Origin: Octopus bimaculoides
Lineage: Eukaryota
DNA length: 64,000 nucleotides
NCBI RefSeq assembly: GCF_001194135.2
Contig: NC_068983.1
Span: 109,273,573-109,337,572, forward strand
Direction: 5' to 3'
The notes under the pieces are model-generated. The model ran no database searches, was not told the origin of the DNA, and worked only from the letters and a program-made list of their open reading frames with translations. Positions 38,463 to 52,867 of this stretch are shown here, in pieces. Numbering within the stretch: the first letter of the stretch is position 1; the number at the start of each line of letters is the position of its first letter. Both the position numbers and the translations under genes were made by a program.

Positions 38463-40344
38463 ATACTAACAGAGATACCCAGTGTTGCCAGTATCACATG
38501 GAATTGAAGAATTTAACTTATCTTTTATATTTTCTCTAATGAACTGGAATACCTATGATTCGAATTTCATCAAAATTGGAGATTAAGAGTTTTAATGGGG
38601 GTTCTTTCCCTCTTTATACACCCTAACAAAAATTCTAATTATGATATATCTATCCCATACTAATCATCTTTATGCCCAGATTCCAAAATCCAAATCTTAT
38701 AAAACCTATCTAGAGGCATTTACTCCTGAAAAATGGAGCACATGGAGCTCTAAAATGTGGGAGTTAAGGCCCCTATTGAGGAGGGGTGTCTTAAAGTCAA
38801 CCAGAGAATTTGAATTGTTGGGAATCTTTTTTTAACTTGTGCCTTATATCTATTGTTCAAATTTCTTTGAAATAGGAAATAAATGGATGTTCACTGGGTT
38901 TATGAAAGAGAGCAAAGCTAGAAGAAACCAAAAGACAAATGATCACAATAAGCAGTCAGCTACTCTACCCTAGTCGTTACCACTCCCCAATGTAGGATTC
39001 CTCACCATACTGGTGACCAGCAGAGCCATAAGATGCATTACGGATCTATAGCAATTAGAAGGGCCCGATACAATTCAAATAAACATTAACAGCTGTGTGA
39101 CGGGAGGGCTATGGGGAAATGAAAGTGTCACCTATTGAGTTTGCCAATGATCACTATGCTGATAGGTAACTGAATAGAATAAATTTGCAATCGATAAATC
39201 TCTTTGAATGACCAATCACTTATCTTGAAAGGCCTTTAAATTAATGTTACCATCTGGTGACTATCTCTGACCCACTGATAATAAAAAGACTCAAAGGAGG
39301 TCTGCAACCAAATCACTTTACTCAAAATAACACTTTGCAACTGAATCAGTGGAGGCAAAGATGCCTTTCCTCTACTTAACAATTTATACACCACATTGCA
39401 GAAATCACAATCTAAGTATATCTCAAAGCAAACTCTTACACTGTTGTACCATTGAATTACAAATAATGCTCATCGTGTATGCTCGGGTGACTCACAGCTT
39501 CCAAGACTACAATTGTATTCGTCTTGGCTTAGGAAAAATGACTAAACTGTTGGGGTTAGGCCCCATTAAGAGGTGTTACTAACTCCTAAGAAGTTGAAAT
39601 TTTAGGAATATTACTTCATTTGTTTCTAATATCTATGGTTAAGATTTCATCAACAGCAAAAATATATGAATTTTCATGGGGGTTATAGCCCCATTTATTC
39701 CCCCTCACTTTCAAACATATACTGTATTACATTTGCCTTTATGCATAGAATATAATTTCCAAATTTCATAAAGATCCATTCAGTACTTTTGACCTTGTTT
39801 TGGATCATAAAAATGACAAAAATTTGGGAGTTAAGGCCCTTATTAGAATGTCTTAGAATCCTCATTTGAAGCAGAAACTTTGGGAGTACTTCTTGATTTG
39901 TGTCAATTACCTATGGTTGAAATTTCATTAACATTGGTAATTTGTGAATTTTCATGGAGTGAAAATTATACCTGCCCTTATGCATTGAATCTAAGTTCCA
40001 AATATCATAAGGATCCATTCAGTAATTTTGGTCCATGAAAAATGACTAAAATTTGGAGGTTAAGCTCCCATTAGAGGGTCGTAAGAATCACCCAATAAAT
40101 GGAAATATTGGGTATATTTTCTAATATATTTCTAATACCTATGGTTCAAATTTTATCAAAATCTAATGCATATGAATTTTCACAGGGGGTTCTGCCCCCT
40201 TTATGCCCCCTCAAAATTGTATGATACATATGGCATTACCCTTCTCCCTAGGCTTGGATTTTGTGTTCCAAATTTCATTAGGATTGGTCCAGTAGTTTTC
40301 GAGTCTACAAGTAACACACGAACACACTGACATTGACTTTTGTG

Positions 40345-40348
<4 letters not shown>
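38463..40348 (+). mobile_element. non-autonomous Helitron/Helentron-like element with about 230-275 bp internal repeats
   Basis: Starts atactaacagagatacccagtgttgcc. Recurrent modules aaaaatgact...ttaaggccc...cctatggtt.aaatttcat...aatttcat...gatccattcagta begin at about 39534, 39809 and 40038, with a partial unit near 38750. Ends ccaaatttcattaggattggtccagtagttttcgag...cacac...ctttt(TA)n, like insect Lep1/DINE-type elements as I recall them. Confidence 0.5.
38995..39153 (+). repeat. 159-bp dispersed direct repeat, copy 2 (inside the Helitron-like element)
   Basis: Aligns to 37399-37557. Confidence 0.88.
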
Positions 40349-40418
<70 letters not shown>

Positions 40419-40470
40419 TCATGCACATACACATATATACATTTTTACATACATACGTACATAGATATAG

Positions 40471-40656
40471 TGGCACATAAAAACACCCATTACGCCCTCA
40501 AAGTGGTTGGCATTAGGAAGGTCATCCAGTCACAGAAACCATGCAAAATCAAACTGGTGTCTAATGCAGACTTCCAGCTAGCCAGCCCTGGTCCAACCAT
40601 CCAACTCATGCCAGCATGGAAAATGGACATTAAATGTTGAGGATGATGATGATGAT
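40471..40656 (+). mobile_element. RTE-LINE 3' tail
   Basis: tggcacataaaaacaccc...gtggttggcattaggaaggtcatccag...catgccagcatggaaaatggacattaaatgttgaggatgatgat. Confidence 0.85.
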
Positions 40657-41159
40657 TTGTATGTTATATGTATATACACACAATGATTACTGTTAGTATT
40701 CTTTGACTTTGCTAGCTATGCGCCTGCTTTTTCTTCTTTATCCCAGTAGAAGTTTTATGATATTCAGCTTATGCTTCACTTATTTTTTTTCTTTTTGTCT
40801 CTAGACTTTGATGGCATGAGGGTCTGAGGAAAATAGTAATTCATTAAGTGGTAATACAAATAAAATTGAACATGTTCATGAGCCTTCTGCTTACAGGCAA
40901 AAATTCATACAAACCTTTATTTCAGACTCTGACAGCCTTCCCACAATGACCTACACAATCTTCTTGTTGCCCCAATTTTGGAGCAGCCACAGTCAATGTA
41001 GGCACAATATAAAGAAAGTAGAGGGAACTGTCTTAAATGCTAGAGCAGGGGCAAGTAGATATGTGCTACATGCAAGAGATAAAACTGAAACATGCTCCAG
41101 TTTGACTACCCATAGGCAAGGAACAAATATATAAGTTCTTCTGGGTAGGCAATTGTGAT

Positions 41160-41620
41160 AGTATTGGGGTGTAGACATATATTAGCATAGAAATGGGTAA
41201 TATGACTAAGATATTCCAAATGTGTGACAAGTTAAGCTAAGTGTAGTTTTGGAAAATAAGACAGCAACATTTATCAATGTACATGCTCCTCAATCTCGAC
41301 AAGTAGATGAACAGAAAGATCAACATTATGAAAGCCTTTTGCAGATTACCTTGATGACAAATGACAATGACCATGTCATCTTGGTTGGTAACATTAAAGG
41401 ATATGATTATCAGTATTTTGATGAGTTCTCTTCAGATATAGGCTAAGGCTTTGGTGCTAGAAATAAGAATGGAACAAGCTGCTGTAGTTCTGTGATGCAA
41501 ACACTAACTTCAGGAAACCATCCAGCCATTGAGCATCTATCAATCCATATGAGACATAAGCCAAATTGACTACGATCTCTGCAGAAAATGAAATAGACAG
41601 CTGGTTGAGAAGGCAAAATC
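41160..41620 (+). mobile_element. APE-endonuclease relic of an RTE-type LINE
   Basis: ATFINVHAPQSRQVDEQKDQHYESL...HVILVGN, GFGARNKNG and SQIDY correspond to the I+VYAPQ...GDFN...G.G.RN.+G...QIDY motifs. Confidence 0.55.
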
Positions 41621-41663
41621 TTTTTTTGCTTGCTTAGTTACTAACTATAGAGAATGCATGTGA

Positions 41664-41990
41664 AGGCATATGGCTCAGTAGTCAGAGCATCAGGCTCACA
41701 ATTATGAGGTAGTGAGTTCAATTCCTAGACTGGGCTGTGTGTTGTGTTCTTGAAGAAGACACTTTATTTCACATTACTCCAGTTCACTCAACTGTAGAAA
41801 TGAGTTGCAACATCACTGGTACCAAGCTGAATTGGCATTTACCTTTTCCTTGGTTCACATCAGTGGTGTGGACGAGAGGAGGCTGGTATGCAAGGGTAAC
41901 TGCTGATCTTTCATCTACAACCTTGCCTGGGCTTGTGCCTTGGAGGAGAACTTTCTAGGAGCACTACCGTGGTCATTCACGACTGAAGGG
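41664..41990 (+). mobile_element. tRNA-derived SINE family C with CORE-like central segment
   Basis: A box tggctcagtagtc (41671) and B box gagttcaattcc (41714), followed by tgtgttcttgaagaagacacttt...ctccagttcactcaactgtagaaatgag. Confidence 0.72.
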
Positions 41991-44900
41991 AGAATCTTAG
42001 AAAGTTAGAGCTAACACAAGGACCAGACATTCTGTATAATAGATAAATTGATTAAGGATATGACAGCATGCAAAGATCCTGGACCATTAATAATTATTAT
42101 CTCTTTACCACTGATCTCTTCATCACTTGTCTAACAACTGCAGTATTCTGTTGGTGTAACTAAGAGTAGAACTACATATTTCATCATCCTTTTCTGTGTC
42201 ACAATTATCTTTCCCACTATGCAGAATAACTTCCTTTGACAACCTTCTTCAATTTTTATCCTTGTCTTTGCCTTACTCCCAGATTTTACATTGATCACCT
42301 TTCTGTGCTGCAAATTATTTTCCTCTCTCTCCCTTGAATTGCTTCTTGTTGGCTCAGCTATAACACCACACATCTTTCACTTTCCCACACATTCTTGCAA
42401 CTTATTCAGCCACTTATCCTTTCCCTGTCTACTGTATAATTATTTTGATATACATATATATGGTAATAATACAGTAGACATATATATATATAAGTTTATA
42501 AATATATATATATATATACATACATACATGCATACATATATATGTGTGTGTGTGTGTATGTATATATATATATATATATATATNNNNNNNNNNNNNNNNN
42601 NNNNNNNNNNNNNNNNNNNNNNNNNNNNNNNNNNNNTATATATTTCTGTGTATGTATCCATGTGTGTGTGAATTTGTGAGTGGTCAAGCATGTGTAAGTA
42701 CATATATTTAATGTTACAAATATTTAATATAACTGGCTTATATCAATGTAGAATTTGGGAAATGAAAGTTCCTTGCTATTAAATATTAAAATTAAATATT
42801 AAAATTCTGAAATGTTTTGAAACATTCATATAAATCATATTACACTCTATTACTAGGAATGTGCCAAGATGATTCAATAATTAAAGGATTTTTATCACGT
42901 TATGATACATTACGCTTTATAATGTATTTTCTTCTAGGGTTGAATCCATAGTATTTTTAGGGAAATAGTATCTGTACCTTAACATCTCACATTCAAACCC
43001 GATATGATTTCAACACAGGTAAAGTTAAGCAAATATGCATTTAATGCATGATAAACTTGTAACTCCAGGACTGCCAGTATTTATAATGTATATTCTATAG
43101 GTTTGTATTAAAATACAATCCATCTCTTAAATATTAAAAAAACAAATGTTATCATTTGCTTTATTTATAATCAGAACGTATTTGCACTGAAACAGTACAA
43201 AATTATAAAACTGTTATTACAATACTATTTTAAATATTTTTACTTTAAACAGTGACATGTATAGAATTAATAAAATTGCTTTTGTTGTCATACAACCAAA
43301 TATGTTTACATGGTAAAATGAATTTAATAATTAGAACTTACACCTTTCAATAGATGAACATGATTCAATAACTGTGGAACTTATGAATTAGTCGTGAAAT
43401 ATTGATTTCAAATACATATTCTAGGTAGTAGATATTGATTTGTAAAATGGTAAAATATATTTGTAAATATTTTATGAATAAACAAATTTTAAGAACTGTG
43501 AAAAAGCAAAACCAATGTCTTGTTTGTGTTTAAACTATTATTAATTTTGTTTACATTCACAGAATTTATTTAAATATATGATATATATTATGTCTTCAGA
43601 ATGATGCAAATATATTGATTCAAATTTTAAGTTCTCATTTATGCCCAAATATTTTACTGATTGAATACTTTTAGCTTTAAAGTAAGTTAAAATGTCAACA
43701 ACCTCATCTAAAGCAAGCATATTGCTCACTATGATTCCAATACCATTTAATGTTTTACTTTTTTATATCCACTATATATCATTAGTCATATTTTCCCTAA
43801 TTTTCCATTTTTAATTTATTTGTTTATTTGCATAAACTGAAAATGCCATAAATATAACTTTCCTTTTTTTAATTTACATCAGGCATAGAAATAAGTTCTA
43901 TGTTCAATATTTTCATTCAATAAGCAAGAGAAATATTATGGAAACTATTTCATACACAAAAGCTTACTGAATGTTTTACACTATTTTTAATGTATCATGG
44001 AAATGGAATTTGAGCAAATGAAGAAATGCTTTAATATTTGCTTCATGGCTGTTAAATTGATGATTGAAATATATGAAAGTCGCATTGAAGCTTTTTTAGA
44101 TTTGTATAAAATTTCGCGATGAAGTTTTAACAGAATTTGAGGTAGAATCAGGCATACTGAGATAATTTTGCTCACAAATATTCTTTCTCCTTTTTGCTGT
44201 TGTTGTTAAATCCAGTCAAGCTAATTGAATAAATTAGAATACTTCGTGTATGTTAAAAAAGACTGTATAAAAGTACATGTAAAATCCAATTCAGACCATA
44301 GGTAAATTCAGATTTTGCATATTTACAAACGTCAAACTAAATACAAACTATAGCTTCGGTGCTATTCAACATAGCATCTTTGACAAGAAATGTATTCACA
44401 CCATCACTGAACCCAACTCGTGCATCTTTTTTTTTATAATATTCAAGTTTTAGTCTCTACGTCTTCACAACTACTTTTACCTCATCTGCATCATCAAATC
44501 ATCGTGCTTGAAGACTGTCTATAACAAAAACAGAAATATTTGTTAAACAGTGAACATGGGTGACCATTGTTTTGATAATTTTTCAAAGTGAAAATTAAAA
44601 TCTTTTCTATTCCATATCTTCAGAGTAGATATGTGAATTTATAGGCTATGTAGGTCATCAGTCACCTTTAGAGCTTGTATGACTTTTGACTTATTTATGA
44701 AGCTCATGCTGCCTTTTCACAGTGAGTGATAGAAGATGACTTTTCAGTAACATATATAAATGTTGAAACATTTGCAACGTTTCTAGCAGAAATGATCGTA
44801 GTGAACTGGCAGAAGCAGTAGACCATAGTCTTTTGTACACCTCTCTATGTCTTTTGTGCACCTCTCTATGTTCTAAGTTGAAATCCTGCTAGACCAAACC

Positions 44901-47238
44901 AAATATTGAGGTCGATAGTACGGACTAATTCTCTCTCCTCAAATTTGCTTATCTTATACTTAAATCAGAAAAATAAAGGATTAGATATGACTTGTGGGCA
45001 GTAGATCACCGTTATCTTTCATCTTTTCAGGTCAATGAAATAAAGTAATATTTAAGTACTGGAGTCAACAGTATCATAAAAAATCCTCCCTTAAATCCAG
45101 GCCTTGAGCTTATATTTGGATCACTTATAAAATATAAGTTTAGAACTGAGTCAATGCAGACATACATTCTATTAATCCAGTTGCTTTTCATTCCATCATC
45201 CAGTTGTGAGAGGTAAAGAACATTCAAAATTATGCATTATCATTTTAAGACATTATTTTGTATTTAACAACAAATTATCTTTCTTTTAAATATTTTTTAC
45301 ATGTGAATTAAAGTTATTTGTACTTTAAAATTAATTGAAAGGTAAACACTATAAAAATACTCATAGCTATATTCTGTACTTTATGGATGATGTATTTTAA
45401 AGCAGTACTTAGAAATTGGAAATTTTGTTAAGTTTTTATTCAATTTACACAAACTACAATCGATACATTTTTCAATTGTGTTCCTTTCCATGCATCCACT
45501 CTGATATTCGGTCAACTACAAAGCTTAACTCTTTCAAGTCTATAAAATATTCTATAAAATATTTATCTATAAAATATTCACCATCTATACATGTTAGGAT
45601 CAAATTAATTTGAATACAATTATGTACTTTTGTTTAATTTTTTTACACTGTCAAGATGTAATTCCCATGATTATATGTGGTAATCACTAATGAGCTTAGC
45701 TGTGGTTTTTAAAAACTATTTCAATTTTCCACAAAGTACACTTTTATTCCATAATATCCTCAGAACAATCTTCTGATAAGCTTTTTAATTACTAACATAA
45801 GAATTTTTAAACTCTTGTAAAATATGAATTTCTTGAATTTCAAGGAAAAAAAAGTTCATCAAGAATTTAGTTACAAAGTTTCATTGAACCCACTCATTGC
45901 ATATATCACAAACAACTGTCTTCAGTGACTTTCTAAGTAAACATCACATCCATCTGATTTATATATATATTTAAATGTATTACATCATACAATATTGCAA
46001 TCTTGGTTGAGTCTCCATTATATTTTTATTTTTGCAATCCTACTCCAGTTGCTTTTAATGCATATGTCAGTTGTGGTTTTCCTAGACATAATGTCTTCAT
46101 CTAAGATATATTTTATATATTTTGTATTGTCTACAAGATATTTGTTTGTACTTGATTTCACAGGAAGCTATTCTAGAAATAACTTCTGATTTATGCATTT
46201 TTACTAGTTCAAGAAAAAAATATTTATTTCACAATTTAGTTTGACTTTTGAAACACACTCTACAAGGGATCCTTCAAAAATTATTGACACATCTCTACAC
46301 AAACATGATAGTATAAATAACTGCTGATTGTTTTAGATCATGAAATTAATGTAAACATTGCAAGATTCAGTATTCAGTTTTCTTTAATATTTTTTGTATT
46401 ATGTTGGTAAACATTTCTAATTTAGTTAAAATATGCTTACAAGTATATTAATGTAAAACGTTTATAAAATTACATTGAGGCATTTGTAATTCAATGTAAT
46501 TCTTTTGTTCTGTTCCAAGAACATTTAGATTTTAAAAAATCTTAAAGTTCACTTTAGGTGAAAATGCAGATTAAATCTCAAATTTGTACACCATTCAACC
46601 TATGTTATAGATGTTAGAAATCTCAGATAGTTTCTGTGTACAAAGAATATCAAAATGCAGAAATGTATAAGAATACAGACTCCCTGCGTTAAACCTAATT
46701 CCTTTCCTTTGATTGCTAGACAGCTGCATTGTAGAAAACCTGTTTAATCAATACAATCCTTTAAATAGCAAACCTCTCTGAGGAAATTAACATTGGAAGA
46801 ATGCAATGCTCTAAATTTTGAGGATATTCTTTCTTTCATTTGACGAAGAGTGTATGAAAGAATAGATGTACTTTTAAATTTTATTACACTTAGACGTATT
46901 TAAACTCTATCACAGCATGTCAAATCTAACTCTGCACAATAGGGTGCCAAAAAACTGAATAAGTATTTACTATATTAATTTAAGTATGAATTAATTATTC
47001 ACATCATAGATTGAGCAAGCAAGACATTAACTTAATATAGAATGTTTCATGCAACATTAACAGATATACTTGAAATATGGTAGGAATGTACTTCCAAGCT
47101 TTTTCTCTCTATTTCAGTATTTATCTCTATAAAAATAATACACTGTTAAAACATGTGGTATGTATTACATGAAAATAACTATATTTAGACAATAATTTAA
47201 GCTGTAACATACACACTTACATATATGTATATATATAG

Positions 47239-48480
47239 TTCGAATTTATAGGAAAACAAAGATGAAGACAAATGTAGGAACAACAAACAAGTGTATTAGT
47301 TTGATGCTCAGGGAAAAATGGAAAAGTCTTTTACATTTGGAGCCTACACTCTTTGACAGAAAGGAATAAGAGGAAATAAATAGAGAAAGAAAGAAAAAAG
47401 CAAGTTGTGTTCAGAGGTCCAATATGGCAAATGATTGGATAAAAAGAGGTTGAATGAAAGGGAGATAATAATAACGTGAGGTTGAATGAAGGGGAGATAA
47501 TTCGGGGTGATCGCAACAAGAGGAAGTGTGCAAGCATGTGTGTGTATGTGTCTATGGGGGAAGAGTGAGTTTGATATGTGTGTGTGCATGAGACATATGT
47601 GCATGTGTGACATGTGTGTAGCAGTTGATGTGTGCTTTTACACATGGTGTGTGTACATGTGTATGTGTGTGTCACTGTTAGCAAATAGTGTGCATGTGTA
47701 TAGTGTGTGTATGTGGGTGAAAGTTATCTTTGTCTATGTGTGTTGCCTGTGTTTATGCATGTTGCATGTGTGTATATGTGTGTATGTGTATATATTGTCT
47801 GTGTTCAGGTTTTATGAGCTTTTGTGGGTGTGAGAGTATATATCATCTGTGTTCACATATTATGTGCTTGTGTGAGTGTGGGAATGTGCATGATGATGTG
47901 TGGTGTGTGCACTGAGTCAAACAGTGTGTGTGGCTGCTCATATAGTGGTATGTGGGTGTGTAGAATGTGAGAGGTGAGTGGGAATTTGTGTGGAATTGGT
48001 GTCAAATGAAGAGAGAAGGTAAGGTTGGTATCAGATGAAGAGAAGTGGTGATTTGAGCCCATGTGGTGCAAAGGAGCGAAAAGAGAAGATTAATTCTTGT
48101 TCGCTGTGAAGGTGGGAATCTGGGTGGCCCTTGTGCAGAGATAGTCCAAACACAGTCAGATGTTGTAGTGAATGACCGGTAGAGCAGAAATGGCATAAGA
48201 CCGGGGTGTCATTGCTGAGTCTGATGTCCTGGAGCTGCTCCGCAAACCAATCAACCAAGCGGCATCCTGCTTGACCAATGTAGAGGGAAGGACAAAGAGA
48301 ACAAGAGATACAGTAAATGACATTATTACAGGTGCAATTAAAGGAGTTGGTGACATGAAAGGGACGGTGATGTGTGCCTGTGAGGTTGGTGAGGTTGGAG
48401 AGGTAGAAGCAGATGCAACAGCATGAGTGGAATATGATGTTCAACACATCCATACATGCTATTTTTAGTTTAGACTTTTC
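47239..48480 (-). mobile_element. Penelope-like element 3' part: GIY-YIG endonuclease relic, simple-sequence tract, pLTR-like end
   Basis: ORF 48031-48453 reads FNCTCNNVIYCISCSLCPSLYIGQAG.RL...HF.STGHS...SEQELIF...PHGLK (VIY/YIG with CCHH). The minus-strand terminus is ctgtcaaagagtgtaggctccaaatgtaaaagac...ctaatacacttgtttgttgtt. Confidence 0.82.
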
Positions 48481-50764
48481 AGCAGCTAGCCAATATGATC
48501 ATTATTTCAAACCTTACAATTGCTATGGTATTGCATACATTAGGCAGGGTACATTATTCAACTTATCCACTGTCTGAAAATAATTATGATTTTTATTTCA
48601 GTGTTAAGTGTTAGGAAAGCCTCTTGTGAGAAAGAAAAAAAGTATTTCAAAAATTCTTTCATATACATTTTTAGAATTCCTGATAGTTTGGAAACAACAT
48701 ATATAAGTCATTAAAAACAACCTTATGCCATCAAGTGTGTTTCTATATTCCCTTTGTCTGATTCCATCGTAAAAAAAAAATCATTGGTATAAAACTTTCT
48801 AACATAACACATTAATTACTATATTCTATGGCAATCACTGACAAAAGCCCTTAATTGAAACCAAAAACAAAAACGTCTATATTGTTAAGAATCTTATAGA
48901 AATATATATACTGTAGCATAAAGAAATTACACAATTGTTGGAGCTTCTTGGTAAATGTGGCAAATTTGATAAATAGGCTATGCAGAAATAAATGAAAAAT
49001 TGCTATACATTAAACTTAAGATTTATTCTCATCTTAGTTCGAATAATGAAATATTCTTTCTGCATTGAATTATAATGAAATGAAAAAAACACATTCAATC
49101 TAATAACTATATAAAAAAAAAAATCAAGGTTATTTTTAGTAGTTTGTGGTGTCAGTTATACATGGCTATTTCTTAAAATTCAAGTAAAACATTCAGTGTA
49201 GATATGTATTTTTTATGATTTTTCATGCATAGTAAAATAGCAACATCTGAACTGAAAGGAAGTTATTTAATTTTATATGAATATATTCACTTATATGCTT
49301 ATTCCTGAAAATTGTTCAAACTGAATTGTTACAAATTAGTAACTCTAATGGAGTTCCAATTATGAGCAATTTTTAAAATGATGCAGTTTTACAGATTGTA
49401 TCAAATCCCTTTGGAAGGAACTGGTAATGTGTATGTTAGATTTATGAAGAAATTATTCAAATGGTGCTAGATAATCCAGTGTTAAAACACAGAAAAAGTA
49501 TGATATTTCATATTTAAAAAATTTTTAGCTACATTTTCTTATTAATCACCTTTCCTAAGTTTATTAATGATTTAAATTTTTTCACTGTTACTACCATAAA
49601 TGTTACTGGAGGCATCTATCATTACAAGCCTAATTTTGCCATGTCATTATAGATATTTGAACAAATTAGTTCTCTTCAATTACTTCACTTAATTGTTCAA
49701 ATAGTGCTCAACTAGCACATGGTTAGCTCATTAAACAGAGTACTCTAAATCTTGTGTGGGCTTCACCTAATTATATGCTTCTTTATTCAATATTCAAACA
49801 ACAAGGAAAGAGATATGACTAACAAACACTTGTAAAGATTATTAGAACAATTTATTTACACACACTGTGAGCATTATTATCTACTACTTGCCAACAAATA
49901 TCAACTTTGCTATTAATTATGTTCATTATCTAAGAACAGTCTTTTAAGTCTCTCATCTTACAAAATACCAATAACAATAACAAATCTGTAATAATTCTGA
50001 TGATCAAGATCAAATCTAGATAAATTTTTTTTTATTTGTTCATATTATATCATATATTTACAGTTGGAGTTCATGAGAACATTACTTTTGAGCTCTATTC
50101 ACTATTTTTATAGTGAATACATGGATTTTTTTTTCTCTGGTTGCACTTCTCCTTTCATGAATCACACTGCTTTGGTGTTCTTTTTTAGCTGTGTAGGACA
50201 AACTGGACCTACAGCTATGTAGAACAAACTCGATCTGCTACAAACCCATATTGCCTAACACTTCCTAGAAGCACTGTACCTTGCCTTCTTCATCATACCA
50301 CACATTATTTTCCAAGTCATTTACATAAGCTCTTTCTTTTACTCTCCCCAATGGATATTATCTTTCCAAGACACCCTGGCTTAATAATTTAAACTTTTGT
50401 CAACTCAGACCATGTGACAATATCAAAACATTGCTTTGTTATTGCAATATTTATCGAGAACACTAGTGCTAGCTTCAAATTTACCGGCACCCTCCCTATC
50501 ATTTGCACTATGGTGAAGTCTAGGTATTGTATTAGCTTCTCATTCTTTACACAGTTGCATTGTTCTTTCTCATCTTCCTAATGGAATACAACAGTGTGCA
50601 ACTTAGTGTCAATTCTTATAGCTTATGCTTTTGCTTCTGAGATAGTAAGAATAATCAGAACTTGGTTTTGTTGTCAGACATACTCTGCAAGGGATGACTT
50701 GAATGCTGCCAGAACTTGCTTGAAAGATGTATAACCTCTGCACTGCTAATAATCTATACTATCT

Positions 50765-50808
<44 letters not shown>

Positions 50809-52781
50809 GTGAATTAATGCCCTGTCATATGTAGCAATAATTTTATTTTGTCAGTCAAATTTATCAAAGTTAAACAAACTTCTTAGTGAGTAGATAATAT
50901 GTACTTCCATTCTCTATTAGTATTAGAATAAAAAAAAATCTTTATCATTTATCTACATATTGTTGGTTTTGATTGAATTCATATTTTCTACAAGCCTAAA
51001 ATTTAACAAGAGTTAAATTAACCATATGTTAAACATGAACATTTTTATGGTTATTATTTGTTGAATATGTATGAAAATAGCATATTGTGATAAGCTGTTG
51101 ACTGTAGTTTCCACATGAGTTCAGTGAACAGATTATCCAAACTATTTTGAGAACACTAATAATTATAAGCATTTAAGTTCTGGAAGTTTCAAGAAATATC
51201 TTTGAAAGTGAATATAAAAGAAATAACTTCTGAAAGTAAAGACTATCAATCAATCATTTTAATTCAACATATAATTTCCTCTACCTCAAAGAATAAAGAA
51301 AACTTCATTTTGTTATATAGTTCTGAATAATAAAGAACGTTAATTATTGGCTATTGCTTTCATCTTTTTCTTTGTTTACAGAATTCGAATCAATTTCATA
51401 ATGAAGGAAAGGCTATTGAATTAAAGACAAAGATAGGATGTCCTAAAGGTGCTATCATCTTTTTTTTACATAAGGGCAATTGGTATGAAAATTTTCATAA
51501 AATCAGAAATGAAATCATTTTAAAGATTTAAATGATAAAAGTGAGAATCTATTTTGAATTTCACTTTCCCTTTCGAATTGATTTGTATATTGTTAAATTA
51601 TATTCAAATGAATATATTACCTTATATACACAGAAATTTAATTTTTAAAATTTTGTAAGATAAATCTTTACAAAACATAAAATTTTGTCTACTTGTTTTT
51701 AATGTGATATTAAACATATTTGCTGTTTAGATGATTTTTTTTTGCCTTTAAAACATTCTCTTGAAGATGTATTATGATGTGCTAACACTTAGAGTCAGAA
51801 TTATGCACATACATTGAAAACCTACACATCCTAGGTAAGTTTTCTTTCAACATAGCCAAAAAAATCCTGGTATAAAAAGTTATAGTTTCCAAATATAGAA
51901 CTGCATCTCTTAGAAGATATTATCATATCATTTTGACTTCATGATTAAAGTGATTCAGTAAAGTTACACAGCGATATTATTTAGCTATATGGCTGTAAAT
52001 ATCTTTTACATGAAAACTAGTTTTAGATCTTATAAAAGATCTTCAATAATTGTCTCATTTAACTATATCAAAGCGATATGATAACAAACTCAATCAAGGA
52101 AGCAGCAATTCTATTCTTATCTTAAAAAACAAAGAAAATCTATATTCCATTTCTGTTAGAAGACATGCATTTTTAGAAAAAGTAGGAAATGCCAAATAAT
52201 TGATCTCAGACAAAATTTGGAATTATAATTATAGCTATATTAATCAAATGTTTTCCACTCAAGGATCAGCAGTTACAATTTGACATCAGTTGATTATGAA
52301 CTGACTCAGTTTTAAACTATCATTGCAGTTATTTCAATTTTTACCAGTAAAAGCAAAGACAAACATTTATCAAAGTGTCAAAGCCAATAAATATTAAAGC
52401 TGTTGCCCAGTTGACCCATAAAGTTAATACTTAAACTTCCATGATGAATTAGACAGCATTTTGCTTTGGAAAATTTGCTATCATTAACAAATTTTTAAAC
52501 AAAATAAAGTTAATTCTGAAATTTAAATAATTCAAAACACAAAAAAGGAAAATCCCTAAAAGCTGGATAATGATATTACCACTGGCATTAATAAAATGGA
52601 GTACAAGTATGGAAACAGGTTCTAAGCCCGGCACATTTAAAAAAAGTCATAAAACTAAAAATATCAAGAAAATGCCTGGATGTATTTGAAAATACAACAA
52701 ATTCATCAACATATTTAATCCATAATGAAAGCATTATTTTCCCTGATAATTTACTTCACATCATTAGCTTTGCACAAACAG

Positions 52782-52783
<2 letters not shown>

Positions 52784-52858
<75 letters not shown>
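52784..52858. repeat. (CA)n microsatellite
   Basis: Directly visible. Confidence 0.95.

Positions 52859-52867
<9 letters not shown>

Noticed and set aside
39530-40270. CRISPR-like repeat-spacer array
   Set aside because: Eukaryotic context, long degenerate units and no constant repeat with unique spacers.
41664-41740. tRNA gene
   Set aside because: A and B boxes are present but there is no complete cloverleaf, and it continues into a SINE body.
44380-44560. Possible mariner C-terminal relic on the minus strand (SLQAR.FDDADEVKVVV)
   Set aside because: A single short motif with no catalytic residues or TIR.
51382-51448. Possible exon (NSNQFHNEGKAIELKTKIGCPK)
   Set aside because: Good acceptor but poor donor (gtgcta), and the peptide is unrecognised.
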